From contig JAJQBO010000080.1 in assembly GCA_021203245.1 (NCBI GenBank), forward strand, positions 1 through 64,000: a stretch of DNA of 64,000 nt, read 5' to 3'. The stretch is from Planctomycetaceae bacterium (GTDB taxonomy: Bacteria > Planctomycetota > SZUA-567). Shown here piece by piece: positions 49,568 to 58,949 of this stretch (its first letter is position 1; every line of letters begins with the position of its first letter). The notes below the pieces were generated by a model that saw only the letters and a program-made list of their open reading frames with translations, searched no databases and had not been told where the DNA came from. Made by a program: the position numbers and the translations under genes.

Positions 49568-50385
49568 AGGCGACTCCTTGTGGTTTGCCGGTATGGGGAT
49601 ATGCCATGCCGAGCCAGTAACTGTAAAAATCGCTGCAAATCTTGTTCAAAATCCCGTGCGGTGTTGGCCTCGACAGACAGGATTCCTTTGTAACAATTCT
49701 GTTTAAGAAAGTTGAAAAATGGGGAATAATCAAATTCATCATCGAGACAGGCAACGGTGCGAGTGGGAAAAGCCGAGGTTGGATCATCGATATGGACGTG
49801 TTGGATAAAATCGATATATGGCTGTACATCAGCCAATGTTTGCCCCGCATCGAGCATCCACCGGTAATCCAGCATTGTCTTGATATTGGGGATTTCGGTC
49901 ACCTGTGTATAATCATAAATTTCCGCCACGGTGTTGAATCGGTTGGTAATTGCCGGTCCCAATGGCTCCAAGAGGATGGTTATGTTGGCTTGGGCGGCTA
50001 GACTGCAGGTGATGTTTAGCACGCGATCATTTTTCCCTATAGCCGCTTCCCGTCCAGAGCCTTCGGGTATACTTCGGTGTCGGCTGCATCCGAAAACATA
50101 AAAGCGGGCGCCCAGCTCGGCGGTGCGTTCCACCACATTCTTCATATACTCGCAATACCAGTCGATGGAAAATGCATCCTCGTGTATTGCCGGCCGGACC
50201 GGTATGGTATTGTCGAACACTTCCGCCGTGAGGTCGGAACCACGTATCTTTTTTTGTAACTCCCGGAATCCGTTGTTATCCAATTCCATGATGCGCCAGT
50301 TGTGCATCTCGATGCAATCGTAGCCGGCACGGTCCAGGGCTTCCACGTTGTTGGTGAAGCCAAAATAACCGGTTCTCATCCTCAC
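49564..50385 (-). CDS. sugar phosphate isomerase/epimerase (xylose-isomerase-like TIM barrel)
   Basis: 273 aa with family-typical motifs (…ITILLEPL…, …HVHIDDP…). It overlaps the dctQ start by 4 nt. Confidence 0.7.
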   Translation of the reverse strand: MRMRTGYFGFTNNVEALDRAGYDCIEMHNWRIMELDNNGFRELQKKIRGSDLTAEVFDNTIPVRPAIHEDAFSIDWYCEYMKNVVERTAELGARFYVFGCSRHRSIPEGSGREAAIGKNDRVLNITCSLAAQANITILLEPLGPAITNRFNTVAEIYDYTQVTEIPNIKTMLDYRWMLDAGQTLADVQPYIDFIQHVHIDDPTSAFPTRTVACLDDEFDYSPFFNFLKQNCYKGILSVEANTARDFEQDLQRFLQLLARHGISPYRQTTRSRL

Positions 50386-50419
50386 TGCCTACTCCTTCTG
50401 TTCCGAACCACCACGGCCG

Positions 50420-51457
50420 TCAATCCACCAATATGACCTTAACATCGGTAGACGACCCGAACACCAACTCTTCCATCTTTTTTTGCACCTGGCTCATGGG
50501 CACAACGCTGGTGATCAAGGACTTGAAGTCGAACTTTCCTGCCACGAGCAAATCGGCGATTTCGCGCGGTTCATTGGTATAACAATAACTGCCCTGGAGG
50601 TGGATTTCCCGCGTGACGCATTCCTTGTACTCAAAGCCGTCGATCTGAGCCGAGGCCATACCGACCATCGAAACAATACCGTCGTTTTTTGTCATTTTGA
50701 TGCACGTATTAAGACTGGTGGCGATTCCCACACAGTCCGCAGAAGCATCGACTCCCAAACCGTTGGTCGCATCACGGGCCTTCGCAACAGCATCCTCTTT
50801 GGAAGAATTGATGGTGGTGGAAGCACCGCTGAATTTCTTCGCCATCGCCAGGCGCTCATCCACGATATCAATGGCGATTATCGTGGCGGCACCCATGATC
50901 CGGGCAGACTGCATGGTAAGAAGTCCGATGGGTCCAGCGCCAAAGACCGCAACCGTCTTACCCTTGATGTCTCCCATTTTCTTTGCGCCACGCAAGGCGA
51001 CCGAGGCAGGTTCAAAGACGGCGGCTTCTTCAAAACTAATGACATCGGGGATGCGAATAAGCCTGTCCTGCGGCACAACGACGTACTCGGCGAAGGCGCC
51101 GTCCCATGGCCCGGCAGGCATGGTTGTGCCGGGGGTGAAACGGTTGTTGCAAATATTGGGAAGCCCGGATTCACATTCCGGACAGGTTCCGCAGGCAATG
51201 GTGGGGTGCACACCGACTCGCGCTCCTACAAGCGAGACATCCGCCCCTTCACCAACCGCATCGACGATACCGGCGAATTCATGCCCCATAACCAACGGCG
51301 CAACCCGCATGGCAGACGTTCCCTTGAACCCGCCGATGTCGGAACCGCAGATGGAGACCGCCTTAACTTTAAGACGCACCTGACCGGATTTCGGTTCGAG
51401 CAGTGGGCGTTCCTGCATCTCGATGGTAAAAGGTTTGGTGTAGACGTAGGATTTCAT
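50420..51457 (-). CDS. zinc-dependent alcohol/polyol dehydrogenase (MDR family)
   Basis: SICGSDIG...GHEFAG catalytic-zinc motif, structural-zinc cysteines CGTCPECESG, Rossmann VFGAGPIGLL. Confidence 0.9.
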   Translation of the reverse strand: MKSYVYTKPFTIEMQERPLLEPKSGQVRLKVKAVSICGSDIGGFKGTSAMRVAPLVMGHEFAGIVDAVGEGADVSLVGARVGVHPTIACGTCPECESGLPNICNNRFTPGTTMPAGPWDGAFAEYVVVPQDRLIRIPDVISFEEAAVFEPASVALRGAKKMGDIKGKTVAVFGAGPIGLLTMQSARIMGAATIIAIDIVDERLAMAKKFSGASTTINSSKEDAVAKARDATNGLGVDASADCVGIATSLNTCIKMTKNDGIVSMVGMASAQIDGFEYKECVTREIHLQGSYCYTNEPREIADLLVAGKFDFKSLITSVVPMSQVQKKMEELVFGSSTDVKVILVD

Positions 51458-51467
51458 GCGACCTCCT

Positions 51468-52517
51468 CTATTGATTCATGGTCATTTGAACTTTTATTTC
51501 GCTATTACCGGGAGAAGTGATGAGATCCAGCGCCTGTTTGCCGTCTTCAAGCGAAAAGCTGGAGGTGACGATGCCATCCACTGACATTTTGCCTTCCGAT
51601 ACCATTTTCATAGCATCGGCCATTTCCGTGGTGAACATATAACTGCCAAGGAGATTGCAACCACGGCTCATTATTTGCATGGGATCAAACTCAATTATGT
51701 CATGGATCATCGCCACCAAAACCACATTGCCACCGTTTCTGACCATGGTGAACGCTTCGGCAATGGCTCCGGGAACACCTGCGGCAATGATGACGCGGTC
51801 TGCGCCAATGCCATTGGTCAGTTCCTTGATGTTGGCGGTAACACTCACGTGACAGGGGTTGAAGACATGGTTCGCGCCGAAGTCTTTGGCTTTTTGCAGA
51901 CGGGCATCCAGAACGTCTGTGACGATGACGTTTTTGATTCCCAGGGCTTTCAGGAATTTGACATTGAGAAGACCGATGGGGCCGGCTCCCATGACGACGG
52001 TGTTTTCTTCGCCGGCGGTCAAGCCGCAGCGGGCGGAGGACAGACACACCGCCATGGGCTCCAGAAGAGCGCCATCGCGGTAGGAGACGGCGTCGTCGAT
52101 AGGGACCAGGTTGGAGGTGCGCATGGTCATGTACTCGCGCATCGCGCCGTCGGTCTGGGTACCACCAATTGCTGTGCCAAGGCTGCGACGATATCCGCAC
52201 AGATTGATTTCACCCCGATTGCAATGGTAGCACTTACCGCAGTACATGATGGGGTTAACAGCGACACGTTGGCCAATATCGAACCCTTTGACCCTCTGGC
52301 CGATATCGGTAATGATGCCGGAGAATTCGTGCCCGATCACCAGCGGCGGTTTGAAACGTTCGGAATAATGGCGGTAAGCGCCAATGTCGGAACCGCAGAT
52401 GGAAACGTTTTTGATCTGTATTTGCACTTCACCTTCAGCCGGGATGGGCATGGGCCGCTCTTCGATCACCACCTCGCCGGGATTCTGGTACACAAGGGCT
52501 CGCATTGTTTGTGCCAT
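51468..52517 (-). CDS. zinc-dependent alcohol/polyol dehydrogenase (MDR family), second copy
   Basis: SICGSDIG...GHEFSG, CGKCYHCNRG, VMGAGPIGLL. I chose the start at MAQTMRALVY. Confidence 0.9.
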   Translation of the reverse strand: MAQTMRALVYQNPGEVVIEERPMPIPAEGEVQIQIKNVSICGSDIGAYRHYSERFKPPLVIGHEFSGIITDIGQRVKGFDIGQRVAVNPIMYCGKCYHCNRGEINLCGYRRSLGTAIGGTQTDGAMREYMTMRTSNLVPIDDAVSYRDGALLEPMAVCLSSARCGLTAGEENTVVMGAGPIGLLNVKFLKALGIKNVIVTDVLDARLQKAKDFGANHVFNPCHVSVTANIKELTNGIGADRVIIAAGVPGAIAEAFTMVRNGGNVVLVAMIHDIIEFDPMQIMSRGCNLLGSYMFTTEMADAMKMVSEGKMSVDGIVTSSFSLEDGKQALDLITSPGNSEIKVQMTMNQ

Positions 52518-52746
52518 TGTTATGCCTTTATAATTGTGGGTAGGGAAACGGGGTTGCATGCTATTCGATGATTACGATATAGATAATGTGAGCGAGGGGC
52601 CGATTTCGGCACGAAGCTTTTAAATTGAGTATGAACCTTCCCTGCGCTTTTCGGTCTATTTCGGTAATAACCGTAAAACGCAGAGAGCAACCAATCTCTA
52701 TGTAAAAAGCGCTAAGGTGAGATGATAATGTTTTGTCGTCGTGTTT

Positions 52747-54498
52747 TTATTTCATGGAATTGGTGATCTCGGTAAAAATAACGCCAAGAGCGTGCGCTCC
52801 CGCATCGGGGTGACCCAGGCTTCGTTCTCCGACAGCACCGGCTCTGCCCATCCTGGCAACGATATTTTTTGTATTCTTGGCTCCTTCAACCGCTGCCTGA
52901 GCTCCCGCAATGAATGCAGCCCTCATATCAAAATTTTTCTGAGCGGCGGTAGACCAGGAATCGGCACAGGGCACCAGCGCATCGATGAGAGTTTTGTCGC
53001 CAACAACCGCCCCGCGACTAAAAGCCTTTTCGCCTACCGTCTGGATTCCCGCGACGGCAGCCTGCATCATTTCAGCAAAATCGGCGACATTCAACGTGGC
53101 TTTGTCTTTGGTCGATTTCGCCGCGCATTTAAAAGCGATTCCCTATATCGGACCAGAAGCGCCGCCGCAGTATTCCATAATGACAAGGGAGCAGGCATTG
53201 AGAAAACTGCTGATGTTGGCGCTTTCTTCTGCCATAATGCGCGCCCATTCACGCTTCAACTGCTTAAACCCTTTAGCCACGCTCATACCAAAATCACCGT
53301 CGCCCGCGTGGGCATCGAGCTCGCAGAAGGGAATTTCATTTTCGATAATCACATCACCCATTTTATCGATCAGGAAAACCATATTGTCTCTGGTTATCTG
53401 GTTATTATGGATGACATTATCGCCGGTATTTTCACTGGATGGGAACGAACCGTCTTGGTCCGTTTTATCAGCCACTGGCGCGGTATAGACAGTGCTGGTC
53501 TCGGTGCCGGTCACCTGGAAGGCAGGTGCGTTGCAGGGTGCAGCCAAGAATGTTTTCAGTTCGTCATCGAGAACCATAATTGAGACGGAAGCACCCATCA
53601 TATCTATGGATGTCATATAGTTACCGACAAAGTTCCGGTAAATGGGAATGTTCTGCTCCGCCAGCTCACGCATAACACAGTTATTGAGGACGTATAACTC
53701 CATCAAAGGTGTAGCGCCAAAGCCATTGATAAGGACCGCCACTTCTTTCCCGGATTGTACTGCCAGCTCATCGACGAGTGACGTGGTCATGCGTTTTGCC
53801 AGCTCGTTAGCCGAGAGTACCTTCTCACGCCTGATACCCGGTTCGCCATGGATGCCGACGCCGTATTCCATTTCCCCCTCTTCGATGGCAAAGGTCTGCG
53901 TTCCCTTGGCGGGAACCACACACGAGGAAAAGGCGAAACCGACGGAACGAACGCTGTCGGCAGCTTTCTGGGCGATGCGTTTTACTTCAGACAGATCTTT
54001 ACCTTCCTCGGCTGCGGCTCCGGCTATCTTGTGAACCAGGACGGTTCCAGCCACGCCGCGACGGCCTACAGTATAAAGGCTGTCCATAACGGCGATGTCG
54101 TCTGCCACCTTAATTGAATCGATGGTAAGGCCATCGAACCCAGCAAGCACTGCGCCGTTCTGGAAATTCATAATATCCCCGGAGTAATTCTTGATAATCA
54201 GGAGCGTTCCGGCTTCGCTCGCAGTTGCGGTGATTGCCTGATAGATCTGGATTTGAGACGGCGATGCAAACACATCGCCGCACACCGCAGCGTCCAACAT
54301 CCCCCGGCCAACAAACCCGGCATGGGCCGGTTCGTGACCGCTACCGCCGCCACTGATAAGGCTTACCTTTTTTGGATTGATTTTCAATTTCTTCAAGACG
54401 CGATATTTTGACAAATACTCGAGTGAACCGTGGGCGAGAGCAATGCCCCGTACCATTTCATCCACGACGCCTTCCGGCTTATTGATAATTTTCTTCAT
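52747..54498 (-). pseudogene. fused dihydroxyacetone/ketose kinase (DhaK-DhaL) with in-frame TAG
   Basis: DhaK part: MKKIINKPEGVVDEM...GGGSGHEPAH. DhaL part: ...DAHAGDGDFG...CGGASGPI*GIAFK...GDKTLIDALVP...GRAGAVGERSLGHPDAGA. A single frame of 584 codons is interrupted by TAG at 53143-53145. Confidence 0.85.
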
Positions 54499-54575
54499 TT
54501 CTTCTGCCTTATCATACGGCGTCTAATGAAATCCATCCGCCCGCAGCGTGGGCGGATGGTCGGGAAATAATGTAC

Positions 54576-55538
54576 TTAGCTGGGCCAAGCGATGGTGTAG
54601 ATGTGCTTGCCGCCATTCTGAACGCCCTTGAGGTAGGCTTCAACTTCCTCATTGGAGCGCATGGTGGTCTTTTCGGCGGGCGGCAGCGTGCCGACTGGGA
54701 AGGTGGCGAGAATATCGTCATGGAGCTTAACCAGGTAGCTGCACACCTTGTCTACTGCCGGCTCGGCCTTCTTGGGATCCGCTTCGGAGGGCTTACCGAG
54801 TGCGCCTTCGGGGAAGCAGACAGCTTCGATGCCGCAGTTGCCGACCTGGCAGTGGCCGGGAATCGGGTACATGTAGATGTCGCCGCCGCGATCCACATGG
54901 CCGTAAGGCAGGTAGCCTTTGACCACGGTATCCACAGCCAATTCGGGGCGGAACATTTCCGGAGCCAGCGCGCCGAAGACAGACTGCTCGGCTTCGCAGG
55001 CGTGCTGCATTGGATTATTGAAGGGACCGCCGTTCTTCTTGTCCTTGAGGGTTTCGGCCATGACGCGCGGAACGTCAACGTAGAAGATCATCGCCGGCAC
55101 CTGGTACTTCTTATGCCATTCCTGGATGGCGACGGGGGTTGAGTATTCCTGCCCGTGCAGGCTGACGAAAATCATCTTCCGAAAGCCGGAGTTCCACAAT
55201 CCGGAGATGATGTTGCGGATATAGGCGCAGAATGCGTCGTCGGCGACGGGGAAGTTCAAAAACTGGCCGATATGGTAGGCAGGATGCGAGCCGTAGAAAA
55301 TCGGCGGGGATACGGTGCAACCGGTTTTCTTGGCCACCGCTTCCGCGATACGTGAAGCGATGAAGACGTCCTGGCCAACCGGGCCGGTGTCGCCGTGGTT
55401 CTCCATTGCGCCCATGGGGATGATGATGACATCGTCCTTCTTCAGATGATCCTTGCAGTCCTGCATGTTCATCGTCGAAAGATAAATCCCATCGGGCTTA
55501 TCCATGTGCCCACCACTAAAATCCCAATCAGAGTACAT
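54576..55538 (-). CDS. creatininase-family amidohydrolase
   Basis: VIIIPMGAMENHGDTGPVGQD and SLHGQEY motifs of the creatininase fold. I chose the start at the ATG after GGAGA; ATG 55550 and 55580 are alternatives. Confidence 0.75.
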   Translation of the reverse strand: MYSDWDFSGGHMDKPDGIYLSTMNMQDCKDHLKKDDVIIIPMGAMENHGDTGPVGQDVFIASRIAEAVAKKTGCTVSPPIFYGSHPAYHIGQFLNFPVADDAFCAYIRNIISGLWNSGFRKMIFVSLHGQEYSTPVAIQEWHKKYQVPAMIFYVDVPRVMAETLKDKKNGGPFNNPMQHACEAEQSVFGALAPEMFRPELAVDTVVKGYLPYGHVDRGGDIYMYPIPGHCQVGNCGIEAVCFPEGALGKPSEADPKKAEPAVDKVCSYLVKLHDDILATFPVGTLPPAEKTTMRSNEEVEAYLKGVQNGGKHIYTIAWPS

Positions 55539-55610
55539 TTCATTCTCCATTATAGTATGACTGAACAGCATACAAAACAAACCGTAGTCTTTATGTTTTC
55601 GAAACCCTCC

Positions 55611-56549
55611 CTACCACTTCATGCCTGAGCCCTTGCTCTTCCGCACGTCGGCTAGACGCTGCTGATAGCAGTCGATTCCCCTATCTCCAACCATCTTTCT
55701 GATTACTGCGCCAACCTCGATTGCCTTTTCCAAATCGATGCCGGTAGAAATGTCCATGCCATCGAGCATGTAAATCAGGTCTTCGGTTGCAACGTTGCCG
55801 GTGGCACCCGCCATATAGGGGCAGCCTCCAAGACCGGCGAGAGATGTGTCAAACTTTGCGATGCCCGCCTGCATAGCGGCGGCTATGCCTGCCAACCCCA
55901 TCCCGTAGGTGTTGTGCATATGCAAAACCCACTTGACCTGCGGGAATTTCTTGCCCAGGGAGGCGCTACGCTCGTATATAAGCTTCGGCGTGCCCAGCCC
56001 GGCCGCGTCGGTAAGAGAGATCTCGGTAACGCCGACTTCAATGTAGCGGGCGATTATGGCCGAGAGTTCGTCGTAGGGAACAATGCCCTCGCCAGGGAAC
56101 GGTGAGCCAAAGGGAAGCGATATCGACCCCATCAACTCCAACTTGGAGTCCGAAGCAACCTTTGCCACATCCGCAAACTTTCCCATCGCTTCGAGAGGCG
56201 TCATGCCAGTCCCACTGGTGTGGTGCGCAAGGCTGGCGGAGATGTTCAATTTGACTTTTTTGCAGCCGCAGTCAGCCGCTTCCTTGGCTCCGTCCGGGTC
56301 GAAGATCAAAGCGCGGTATTCAATGCCGGGGCGTTGTTCAAGCAGCTTAAATACTTCGTTGGTCTTCCGCATCTTTGCCATGGAATGATAATTGGAGAAG
56401 GCGCCGACTTCCATGGAGCGACACCCCGCATCCGCCATCATGTCCATGAGACGAACTTTGTCTTCCGCCAAATAAACCTCGGGGGCCGACTGGAATCCGT
56501 CACGAAACGACACTTCGGTAATAATTACTTCCTTGGAATATTGTGGCAT
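55611..56549 (-). CDS. HMGL-like (DRE-TIM) lyase, hydroxymethylglutaryl-CoA-lyase family
   Basis: ITEVSFRDGFQS N-terminal motif and HMHNTYGMGLA metal-binding motif. 312 aa. Confidence 0.8.
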   Translation of the reverse strand: MPQYSKEVIITEVSFRDGFQSAPEVYLAEDKVRLMDMMADAGCRSMEVGAFSNYHSMAKMRKTNEVFKLLEQRPGIEYRALIFDPDGAKEAADCGCKKVKLNISASLAHHTSGTGMTPLEAMGKFADVAKVASDSKLELMGSISLPFGSPFPGEGIVPYDELSAIIARYIEVGVTEISLTDAAGLGTPKLIYERSASLGKKFPQVKWVLHMHNTYGMGLAGIAAAMQAGIAKFDTSLAGLGGCPYMAGATGNVATEDLIYMLDGMDISTGIDLEKAIEVGAVIRKMVGDRGIDCYQQRLADVRKSKGSGMKW

Positions 56550-56577
56550 TGTACCTCTCCTGTTTCCGTTAGTACAG

Positions 56578-56587
56578 CGATATATCG
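56578..56587. promoter_or_regulatory. CGATATATCG palindrome, site 1 (candidate GntR operator)
   Basis: GCGATATATCGG lies about 30 nt upstream of the HMGL-like gene start. Confidence 0.5.
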
Positions 56588-56641
56588 GTTAAAGAGACCC
56601 AAAAAATCGAACAAACAAATCCTTCTTTTATCGTTGCAACG

Positions 56642-56653
56642 CCGATATATCGG
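56642..56653. promoter_or_regulatory. CCGATATATCGG palindrome, site 2 (candidate GntR operator)
   Basis: A perfect 12-bp palindrome, 64 bp from site 1. Confidence 0.5.
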
Positions 56654-56734
56654 AAAAATGGTAAAGAAAAGAGTGCGCACATAAGTACGCATAAACAATA
56701 GTTTACTGTTTGGAGGTGGGTGCCTGTGAAGCGA

Positions 56735-57304
56735 CTATATGCGTACTGAGCCTCGGCGCATGCGATCCATATACTGCCTCAACGACTCGAATATTACATC
56801 CAACGCTTTATCGAAATCCTTTTTCTCGACGTAATTGAGAAAATCGGAGTGCTCGCGTACCGTGACTCCCATGAAAAAGTTCTGTCGGGAATATGTTCTG
56901 TTCTGCTCTCGGATATTACGGTAAAATTGGGAGATCTGCTTATTGCCGTGCAAATCGATTAGGTATGCATGGAATTCAATATCCTGCTCACCATATTCTA
57001 CAATTGCCTTCTCGGCAAACGATACCTCCAGCTTTTTGGCAATTTCGCGCAAATGCAGTAAGTCATCCTTGGTAATTTTTTGTACCACCATGGGCATGAT
57101 GAAATGTTCAATCATCACCCTGCTTTCCCAATAATCCTGGATGTTATTTATGTTAGCTGGGGTCTTGAAAAACCCGACGCTAGGAACGCGTTTCAAATAG
57201 CCTTCATTTGCCAACCGCAGTAAGGCATCCCGCACAGGCGTGAAGCTGATATTAAGCTCGCTGGCAAGGCCACGAGCACTAATAAAAGCGCCATCCTCCA
57301 TCAA
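56735..57304 (-). CDS. GntR-family transcriptional regulator (FCD-type C-terminal domain)
   Basis: HTH ISARGLASELNISFTPVRDALLRLANEGYLKR. The frame stays open and GntR-like (TTLAQESYAHIKSRLAL) upstream to about 57350 without a canonical start codon, so the N-terminus is uncertain. Confidence 0.8.
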   Translation of the reverse strand: MMEDGAFISARGLASELNISFTPVRDALLRLANEGYLKRVPSVGFFKTPANINNIQDYWESRVMIEHFIMPMVVQKITKDDLLHLREIAKKLEVSFAEKAIVEYGEQDIEFHAYLIDLHGNKQISQFYRNIREQNRTYSRQNFFMGVTVREHSDFLNYVEKKDFDKALDVIFESLRQYMDRMRRGSVRI

Positions 57305-57375
57305 TGCAAGGCGACTCTTGATATGTGCGTAGGATTCCTGAGCCAGAGTAGTAATGATTCTCTCCCGATGTCAAA

Positions 57376-57386
57376 CCGATATATCG
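57376..57386. promoter_or_regulatory. CCGATATATCG palindrome, site 3 (candidate autoregulatory operator)
   Basis: Same core as sites 1 and 2, immediately upstream of the GntR gene and next to a TTGACA hexamer on the minus strand. Confidence 0.45.
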
Positions 57387-57439
57387 CTGACTCAATAGTA
57401 CCACATGAAATCTGTTGAGCAAATGGTATTTTTATTTTT

Positions 57440-57960
57440 CCTTGAAAATTAGATTTTTCCCGATTTAATAACGATTCGCTTTTTGATTTTCTATAAGCGT
57501 GACTCATGTGGCGAGGCAGAGTCGGTAAGTACTCCGAGAGGAATACCCTCGCCATCTGCCACCACCATAAGCTTTGTTCCCTTGTCTTCCCGACGTGATT
57601 ACCCCTTTTTTGCGAGAAAAAACGTCCCGTCCGCGAAGCACTTGTCCCAACGTAAAAGACCGTTTTGGTCAAGTGTACTCAGGAATCCGCGCCACGCGTC
57701 TTTCAAGGAATCGTCCTCCTTCCATTGGCACAAACGTCGCCAAACTGTACTGGCGGAAGGAAAATGCCTGGGAAGATCTTTCCAGCGGGCATCGCTACGA
57801 GCCATCCATAGAACTGCTTCAAAAACAGGCTCGCTTGTCGGCAGGCTTCTGCCCGCCCTTGCCAGATACCGCGTACTCCGATAGGTACGGCTCAATCAAG
57901 GCCCACCCCCGATTGACCCGGTGAAGAGGGTGGCCTAAAGCAGACAGGCCATAGCTATTG
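57440..57960 (-). mobile_element. decayed IS5-family transposase fragment (DUF4096-type N-terminus)
   Basis: Fragments lie in three frames: WALIEPYLSEYAVSGKGGQKPADKRACF / EAVLWMARSDARWKDLPRHFPSASTVWRRLCQWKEDDS...FADGTFFLAKKGG / KGTKLMVVADGEGIPLGVLTDSASPHESRL*. There is a frameshift in a T5 run, and the fragment is truncated before the DDE core. Confidence 0.7.
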
Positions 57961-58043
57961 CGACGAGCTTTGCATACCGTTTTTGCTTGTTCTTCTCCTT
58001 GAAAAATGCACCAGATGGTTCACATCAATAAACGAAAAGGCTT

Positions 58044-58916
58044 CTATGCCCCGTTCCTGAACAATTGAATAACGCGCATCGCTTCTTTCTTCATGGCGTC
58101 TCGCGCGGTATGACTGATTTCCTGCACATAGACGGTATTTTTGGCCGTGGTAATATAGTTTAGGACCGGGCGGGTCGCTGCCGTCGCCACACCGGTGAAA
58201 TAATTGAACTTGCGGATGCCGTTGTCTATGGCTTGGCGTATTTGCGCATCGTCGACGCCGGTTGTACCGTGCATAACGAGGTGACATTTGGTTAGTTCGT
58301 GTGTACGCTTCAGCCTGGGGATATCCAGCTTCGGCTCGCCGACATAGTCGCCATGGACATTGCCGAAGGAGATGGCCATCATATCGACGCCGGAAAGGTC
58401 GACGAATCGCGCCACCTCGGCCGGGTCGGAAAAGAACTGGGTGATATCGCCTTCGGCCGAGACGCCGCCTTCGCCGCCGCCGCTGTTCGAGACAATAGTG
58501 CTGGGCATCAGCCCGACTTCGGCTTCGACGATGATGTTAAGCTTGTGGGCAATCTCGGCGAATTCCTTGAGTTTGGCCGCGTTTTCGTCCAGGGGCAAAT
58601 GCGAGCAATCGTACATGATGGAGGTAAAGCCGTAGCGGATCGCCTTCATGACATACTCCATTGTCTCGCCGTGGTCGAGGTGGAGAATGACGCGAGCTTT
58701 ACTGCGTACGGCCAAATCGTGAAGCATCGGCGCGAGCATATCTATCGAGGCATCCACATCGTGCACTTCCGCCAACCCGATCATGACCGGCCAGTCCAGT
58801 TCTTCCGCCGCTTCGAGGACAGCCACAGCCGCATCGAAAGTCGGCGTATTTATTCCGGCGATAGCGTAGTTCCTCTTTTCCGCATCGGCGAGAACCTCCC
58901 GTGGATCGGCAAGCAT
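58044..58916 (-). CDS. class II ketose-bisphosphate aldolase (FbaA/GatY/KbaY family)
   Basis: ILHLDHG, VEAEVG, ISFGNVHGDY and LVMHGTTG motifs. 290 aa. Confidence 0.85.
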   Translation of the reverse strand: MLADPREVLADAEKRNYAIAGINTPTFDAAVAVLEAAEELDWPVMIGLAEVHDVDASIDMLAPMLHDLAVRSKARVILHLDHGETMEYVMKAIRYGFTSIMYDCSHLPLDENAAKLKEFAEIAHKLNIIVEAEVGLMPSTIVSNSGGGEGGVSAEGDITQFFSDPAEVARFVDLSGVDMMAISFGNVHGDYVGEPKLDIPRLKRTHELTKCHLVMHGTTGVDDAQIRQAIDNGIRKFNYFTGVATAATRPVLNYITTAKNTVYVQEISHTARDAMKKEAMRVIQLFRNGA

Positions 58917-58949
58917 TTGAAAGCCTTTCTAATAAGGTGAATGTATGAT

